DNA of 43,607 bases from Octopus bimaculoides (Eukaryota): contig NC_068987.1 of assembly GCF_001194135.2 (NCBI RefSeq), positions 47,165,329 through 47,208,935 on the forward strand. Reading direction: 5' to 3'. The notes under the pieces were generated by a model that was not told the DNA's origin, made no database searches, and saw nothing but the letters and a program-made list of their open reading frames with translations. A program made the position numbers and the translations under genes. Positions within the stretch are counted from its first letter, which is position 1; every line of letters starts with the position of its first letter. Positions 36,493 through 43,607 of this stretch are shown here, piece by piece.

Positions 36493-36776
36493 GTCTCACC
36501 AAACAACTCAAGCCCAAGTGATATCAACATTTAGCAGCCACAATATTAAAACATTTANNNNNNNNNNNNNNNNNNNNNNNNNNNNNNNNNNNNNNNNNNN
36601 NNNNNNNNNNNNNNNNNNNNNNNNNNNNNNNNNNNNNNNNNNNNNNNNNNNNNNNNNNNNNNNNNNNNNNNNNNNNNNNNNNNNNNNNNNNNNNNNNNNN
36701 NNNNNNNNNNNNNNNNNNNNNNNNNNNNNNNNNNNNNNNNNNNNNNNNNNNNNNNNNNNNNNNNNNNNNNNNNNNN

Positions 36777-37062
36777 CCTAGTACTTATTCTATCGGTCTT
36801 TTTGCCGAACCGCTAAGTTACGGGGACGTAAACACACCAGCATCGGTTGTCAAGCGATGTTGGGGGGACAAACACAGACACACAAACATATATACACGCA
36901 TACATATATACGACGGGCTTCTTTCAGTTTCCGTCTACCAAATCCACTCACCAGGCTTTGGTCAGCCCGAGGCTATAGTAGAAGGCACTTGCCCAAGGTG
37001 CCACGCAGTGGGAATGAACCCGGAACCATGTGGTTGGTAAGCAAGCTACTTACCACACAGCC
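36777..37062 (-). mobile_element. Copy of the 26511-26874 SINE family, cut by an N gap
   Basis: Reverse complement matches the head and body of 26511-26874. Confidence 0.85.
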
Positions 37063-37599
37063 TGTGAAATAGAAATTGGGTGACCTACCTACACATGGGG
37101 ATGAACTATCTTCTAGGGTAAATCAGAGTACCTTCATAGCGGTGGCCAATCTTCATTGCTAGTTCTTCCCAATCAGAACATTGTCTGCATGATATCTTGA
37201 CAGATCGTTCGACAGATCTATCTGCAGCGTGAGTGTAATCTAAACACCAATGTATTCTTTACTGTCTAAGGTGGAGGTGAACTCGTCCCGATGAGTTTTG
37301 GGCTCTTTTCTCTTGGTTCAATTTTTGTTTCCGCTGTCTTTTCTCTTTTGCCGTCAGCTACAGTTTATCACTCCACCTTTAACCTTCTATTTTCCCCTCA
37401 TAATCGCGAGACAATTGGTTGGTGTTACTGGTAGCCGTGAAACTTGCTTCCTGGCCGTTGGTATCCTGGTCACTAACTGCTGGTATTAAAGATGATGCGA
37501 GTTTTTCATCAGTTTTCGAAGCTGAGGCGAGTTGTTTTCTGAAAACAATTATCTGTGTCATGCTATTGCGATGCAGCATCAGCGTTTTGTTGCAGCTCG

Positions 37600-39120
37600 A
37601 GAAAAGTTCAGCCTGAGAATTATGAGAACGGACGAAGAGTTTTTATATGAAATAATATTAGTTTTTATATAATAAATCAAATTCAAAGTCATTTCACTAA
37701 GTTAAATAAATAAAAAGAACAGCATGGAAAGTGACATCTATAACTGGTTGCTGTACCACATACTGCACAATGACAATTCACTTGTTTTGGTGTTTTGCCA
37801 CGAAACCAAAAATATCTTCAACATTCAGGTTTTTGACATGTAGTATATTTGTGGAAGTTGAACATAAAATCATTAAGTCTGTGGAACACCATGGAATTCT
37901 GCAGATCAGTCTAGTCCATCTCGACTTGCTGAAACTAAGATTCGAAGCCCTCACCACTTATAGCAGCAATTTGAAACAATGCAAACACTCCGAAGAGATA
38001 TGTGTGTAAGGATGCAAAAAATTTGAGGAACTTGGTGAGTGAATTCAAAATCTATGACTTCCACTCGATGAGATATTAGGCACAGTGACACTGCTTTCAG
38101 GTCATCTAAGATCAGCCGATATGTCTCTACCAAGGAATTTAAGACAATCAGCGTCGAAAAATTGGCGATTTTGGTGAATTAGATAAGAATAGCTTTCCAT
38201 GATATGACAATTTTCTGACGAAAAGCGGTGTTAGAACTCTGAGTGAATCCGATCTGAAACAGGAATGAAGGTCTCAGAGTGAAAATCTGCCAAAAGTATC
38301 TCCAGTAGTTGTTGACTGGCTTTCAACGATCTCACTGATAGCCAGGTACACTAGATGATGTAGCTATTTGCCTCTCTGTTTTTAGATTCTCTTAAACCAG
38401 TTGGTTTTCTTTAATAAGTTCATTGGTCTATTACTTTATCGTATACCACACATCTTCGTCCGCTAGCTTGTTTCATTCAACATGACTATTTTCAATGCAA
38501 CTGGGCATCAGTTCATTAGTTACATTCATATTTACATTTAGTGAAAAAGATTGCGGCATCTGTTCCAGCATCGATGCTGCAATCTATGTTAGATTGAATC
38601 ATAGCAGGAACTGTTCAAAGAAGACGTGGAGAGCACAAATGTTTGCAGACAAAAGTCATTGAACCGATTTACCCTCTTTTGTCTTTCCAATGACTTGGTC
38701 TCCTATTTGAAATATGATAGACCCTCCACAATAAATAGAATCGTTCAATGTACAGCATAACACGATGCATGCTGACAATTGCAACATGTATTCAACAAGG
38801 TTTTCAGCTCCTCTGGCCGTCTATCTTTTTCTTTCTGTAATTTCATGAATTAATGATACACAGTGGATCAAGGCATGTACAGGTAGAGTCACTGCAATAC
38901 GGTAACAAAAAAAATCTGTCCGACAGCCTTTACATTTTTTACACAGTCAACAATTGTCAGGTTGGGTTGGTGGTCGCAGCTATGGACAAAGTAGGCAACG
39001 ACATGCAGCTTCAGTCAAACATCGACGATTTTCCCACTCACGACCAAAACATTCTCATAGCATTGGACAACACGTAACTGGGCGTTAACACCAATAATGT
39101 TCAGCACCGACAATATGTGC
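37600..39120 (-). pseudogene. Heavily decayed transposase-like remnant, possibly piggyBac
   Basis: YWRYFW (~38290-38310) followed downstream by a Cys-rich tail C-x-x-C...CHCAVCGTATSYRC (~37725-37825); many stops. Confidence 0.25.
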
Positions 39121-39934
39121 TGTAGATGAGTGATTCACCCGAAATATAAGCTATTGTTAACTTAATAATTCTCTCCTTGTATTATAAAAGCTATCTTGCA
39201 GTATTCCTTAATTGTAGTATAATAGTGACGTTGTTATCAATTCACCGTTTGTGTATTTAGAACGCAAAACTCTTCGCTGAGGTATCTTTTGTTACCCATA
39301 CTTTTGACATACAGACATACCTCCATATAAATATATATGCTTATAATGCACACATAAATCTCATAATATACACAGCCATACATATATATAGTCATATTTC
39401 CATAAGTGTAGCATAAGCATATTCATAGTTTGGCTCTTTACCTTTAAGTACCCACATTTTGGCTCCTCACATGATGGTCGAGTCCCTCTAGCTTTACGCA
39501 GATATGTCCACCCCATAATGTGACAGACCAGCTAAATGCGCTACCTTCAGCTATATAAGGAAGTTTTACCCGCTATTTCGTCGGTGAGGTGAGTCGCACG
39601 GTAGATTTCGGATCTTCGGCAGAGAGCAAGTTTATTCCGCAGGCAGCCTCAGCTATCCTTCGACACGTACGTTGTTCCTGTCCTCCAGCAGAAGTTATGT
39701 CTCGTATGTGTTTTCCTGTTCTATCCAGCATATATCATCATTATGTACCAACTGCATGTTAAATCGTTGTGTATATATTCCGACCGTTCCTTCAAGATGT
39801 ATCTCTACAGCTTTGCCGTCTTAACACTTTTTAATGGGTTGAATAAATCGTCGCATTTAATCGTGGTTTCCTCGTTCTTCCTTTATCTTTAAACCAGCCT
39901 TACTCAAACCAGCATTATTTATCAACTCAACCTT

Positions 39935-40148
39935 CAGAATCGTTAGCACACTGGACATTTTGTCCAGTGTGCTAAGCGGTATTTGTTCCAGGTTTTTACA
40001 TGCTGAGTTCAATTCCGCGGAAGTCGACTTTGCCTTTCATCCTTTCGATGTCGATAAAATAAGTACTAGTTGAACACTGGGGATGATGTAATCGACTAGC
40101 CCCATCCTTCTAAATTGTAGGCTTTGTGCCTACCGTAGAAAGAAATAT
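39935..40148 (+). mobile_element. Third-family SINE, sense on +
   Basis: GAGTTCAATTCCGCGGAAGTCGACTTTGCCTTTCATCC...GTGCCTACCGTAGAAAG. Confidence 0.8.
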
Positions 40149-40892
40149 TTTTAGTTATCATAAATGCGTTCACAAGTCATTAAAAAATGTAATAAATGCC
40201 CTCATAGCTACATTTATGTAACTTTGACGGATCAAGCAACATGCTCGGGGGGAAAAGACAGTTCACAATCAATAATGTTAGTTTGACGTTCGAAGGAAAA
40301 GAAAGGGTTCATTGATATAACATTTCGGACATTGCCTTTCTTCAGATTGTGGAAAAAGAGTGGGAAAGACCAGGGGAGACTGGAAAGAAGAATAAAGAGT
40401 GTGTGTTTATAAATATTTCCCTGGAAAAACACAGAAAAATCTTCGATAGTTCTGGGAAGATAAGGTACAGCTATGGTCCAACATGAAAGTAATCGTCTCA
40501 AGAAGATCCGAAATCATACTAAACTCATACGATTGTGTTTCACGCTTTGTTGAACTGTTTCATATAATCATATCTTTCTTTGAAGATATTCCACTATCCG
40601 CTACAGATGGTTGTACATGCACACCAAAATAGTCGACTATTTTGGAGTGCATGTACAGCCATCTGTGTATGTGCATCTGGACACACATATGTACTCATCT
40701 ATCTATGCTTTTGTATCCATAGATATCTACGTATGGTTATGTATACATGCATAGGCATGTATATTGGAGTGTTTATAACTATTTATATGGTTTTATATAC
40801 TGTTTGTAGGTTTTTTATGTGCCTTACATTTTTATATTTTCATTTTTTATTTTTTTACTTTATTCTTATTTTATATTTGTATTGAATTTTGT

Positions 40893-41026
40893 AAATCTCT
40901 GAAGAGGCCTAGCGAATCATTCATGTACCCCCATTAATCATTTTCATCTACTAATTACTCCGGTGTACAGGAGCTATAGAGATAGAATGGGGCATGCCAA
41001 CGCTAGGCCGAAACAGCTGTAAGTTT
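40893..41026 (+). ncRNA. Type I hammerhead ribozyme with long stem II insert
   Basis: CUGAAGA (40899-40905), 9-bp stem II GGCCUAGCG/CGCUAGGCC, GAAA (41010-41013), palindromic stem III ACAGCUGU, GUA cleavage triplet ending 41021, short stem I (4 of 5 pairs). Confidence 0.75.
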
Positions 41027-42288
41027 CTGTCCTTTCTCCAATTGCTAAATGTCCTTTATATTTGTAACNNNNNNNNNNCTGTAAGTTTCTGTCCTTTCTC
41101 CAATTGCTAAATGTCCTTTATATTTGTAACCTTAATTGTTAATATGACATGGTATGTCATAAGTATCTGTATATTGCGGTTTTTGTCAATTTAGTTATAA
41201 AATAAACAGTTTAAACAACGGAATACATTGTCTGCAAGTCGATGGATACCGCATATTCTCCTCCATTCTCTCATTGCTATATAAATTTAGGGTAAAATAA
41301 CCCCCTTTTACCCGCACCCACTTATTGCACTTGGTATAACACTAGTGTAACAATAATTGGGTACCCTCCAAGCAGTATATTGGATNNNNNNNNNNNNNNN
41401 NNNNNNNNNNNNNNNNNNNNNNNNNNNNNNNNNNNNNNNNNNNNNNNNNNNNNNNNNNNNNNNNNNNNNNNNNNNNNNNNNNNNNNNNNNNNNNNNNNNN
41501 NNNNNNNNNNNNNNNNNNNNNNNNNNNNNNNNNNNNNNNNNNNNNNNNNNNNNNNNNNNNNNNNNNNNNNNNNNNNNNNNNNNNNNNNNNNNNNNNNNNN
41601 NNNNNNNNNNNNNNNNNNNNNNNNNNNNNNNNNNNNNNNNNNNNNNNNNNNNNNNNNNNNNNNNNNNNNNNNNNNNNNNNNNNNNNNNNNNNNNNNNNNN
41701 NNNNNNNNNNNNNNNNNNNNNNNNNNNNNNNNNNNNNNNNNNNNNNNNNNNNNNNNNNNNNNNNNNNNNNNNNNNNNNNNNNNNNNNNNNNNNNNNNNNN
41801 NNNNNNNNNNNNNNNNNNNNNNNNNNNNNNNNNNNNNNNNNNNNNNNNNNNNNNNNNNNNNNNNNNNNNNNNNNNNNNNNNNNNNNNNNNNNNNNNNNNN
41901 NNNNNNNNNNNNNNNNNNNNNNNNNNNNNNNNNNNNNNNNNNNNNNNNNNNNNNNNNNNNNNNNNNNNNNNNNNNNNNNNNNNNNNNNNNNNNNNNNNNN
42001 NNNNNNNNNNNNNNNNNNNNNNNNNNNNNNNNNNNNNNNNNNNNNNNNNNNNNNNNNNNNNNNNNNNNNNNNNNNNNNNNNNNNNNNNNNNNNNNNNNNN
42101 NNNNNNNNNNNNNNNNNNNNNNNNNNNNNNNNNNNNNNNNNNNNNNNNNNNNNNNNNNNNNNNNNNNNNNNNNNNNNNNNNNNNNNNNNNNNNNNNNNNN
42201 NNNNNNNNNNNNNNNNNNNNNNNNNNNNNNNNNNNNNNNNNNNNNNNNNNNNNNNNNNNNNNNNNNNNNNNNNNNNNNNNNNNNNNNN

Positions 42289-43007
42289 TGAATCAAGGAA
42301 CGTTACTCCTTGGTGGCATCTTTTGGGTGCTTGTCTCCCTTGGATTTGCTTTCATTATTTTATTTTTGTTCTGACATGGTGTGCTGAGGTATATTTCTTC
42401 TTTGTGTGAAGTTTGTGTGCTATATGTGTCCACGTTTAGGAGGGGGCTATCCTGGCGGGGTTACCGTTGCGGATAGGATCTCTTCTTTAAAATATTTGAG
42501 TGTAAAATATTATTTGTGTATGCAAGGAGAGAAGGTTTTATCTTCAATGTACAGGAAGTTATCTGTTGATTGTATAATGTTTAATTTTTCAGTAATACAG
42601 AGTTCACATTTGGCACCCTGTCCTCTGTATTTTTTGGCTTTAGCAATAAATTTCCATTCTATCTGGGGGTTGTATATTCTACCTTCTTTCAATGTCCATA
42701 TCATATTAGACAAGGTTGTTGTATGTTTCTTGTTTTTGTCTCTGAATGAAGCCATCATTCCGATATACGTCTTTGCTATTCCTTTGGAGTCCATAATCTT
42801 GGCCTTGTGTACGTGGTCTTTCTCGAGACAGCTGTTGTTTAGAGGGTAGCGGTTTGGGTATCTACAGTTGCTTTGTTTTTCAGGGCTGTTTCTTGTGTGT
42901 TTATGTTTATTGTGATTAAGTATTATTGACGTTATATTGGGGAGGCAACTATAACTAACTTTAACAGTTGACCTTACACCTCTATATATATATTCCTTGA
43001 TACACAT
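42289..43007 (-). mobile_element. Penelope-like element 3' part with GIY-YIG endonuclease remnant
   Basis: TVKVSYSCLPNITSII linker, NCRYPNRYPL..SCL, KTYIG, TLSNMIWTLK, CELCITEK. Confidence 0.85.
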
Positions 43008-43043
43008 GCATAATTGTATATCAATGTGTGTGCTTGAGTGTGT

Positions 43044-43084
<41 letters not shown>

Positions 43085-43086
<2 letters not shown>

Positions 43087-43410
43087 GGAATATATATAGA
43101 GGTGTGTGTATCAAGGAATATATATAGAGGTGTGTATCAAGGTGTAAGGTCAACTATTTCAAAGAACAAACCTTAACCGCGACAGTTACCCCATCAAGAT
43201 AGACCCCCTCCAAAACGTGAACACATAGGACACAAACTTCGCACAAAGAAGAAATATGTCTCAGCACACAAGTATAAGAACATCAGGCCCAAAACAAAAA
43301 CAAAATAATGTAAGCAAATTGACCACACCAAAAATTTGTCCAAAAGACAAATCCAAGGGAGACAAACATCCAAAAGATGCCACCCAGGGGTAAGGTCCCT
43401 TGATTCATTG
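43085..43410 (+). mobile_element. Second, internally deleted copy of the same Penelope-like sequence in inverted orientation
   Basis: Aligns by eye to the reverse complement of 42960-43005 and 42290-42480. Confidence 0.75.
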
Positions 43411-43573
43411 ATTCATTTTTTTTATATTCACGTGAATTTATGATAACCCGCAAGAACTACACCAGAATACCCTCCAACTTTTCTTAACATGAAACCAATG
43501 GTAGCCTTAATTCACAGTTAAAGAAATTATATCCTCCAATGCGGTGTTGAGCACTCATTTCCGTTGTTATATA

Positions 43574-43607
<34 letters not shown>

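Noticed and set aside
41017-41130. 52-bp duplication around a 10-N gap, resembling a second hammerhead 3' half
   Set aside because: Exact copy abutting a tiny gap; most likely an assembly overlap.
41322-42409. Long ORFs of 300-350 aa, and similar ORFs at 7-8 kb, 22 kb, 27 kb and 36.5 kb
   Set aside because: They consist of X codons from N gaps.

Overview
AT-rich, repeat-dense eukaryotic genomic DNA with several N-gaps. The SINE families and microsatellite load suggest a coleoid cephalopod, probably Octopus (inference). The one host gene is DNAJC25, an ER-type J-domain co-chaperone on the minus strand, running from ATG at 31955 to TAG at 398. Ten coding exons were placed with GT/AG sites. Phases join correctly except between exons 1 and 3, where a further ~29-nt exon is required but was not found. 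Introns and the upstream region hold tRNA-derived SINEs, RTE-type and R4-type LINE fragments, Penelope-like (RT and GIY-YIG) fragments, a decayed Buster-type hAT transposon and several TIR MITEs. The least expected signals are retroelement-borne self-cleaving RNA folds: (i) a degenerate HDV-like pseudoknot at the apparent 5' boundary of an RTE-like head, sense to DNAJC25 in its large 5' intronic region (22813-22890); (ii) a type I hammerhead with an intact core and an 86-nt structured insert in stem II (40893-41026); (iii) a CpG-decayed minimal hammerhead (16843-16871). All calls were made by eye, with no database search or folding run.
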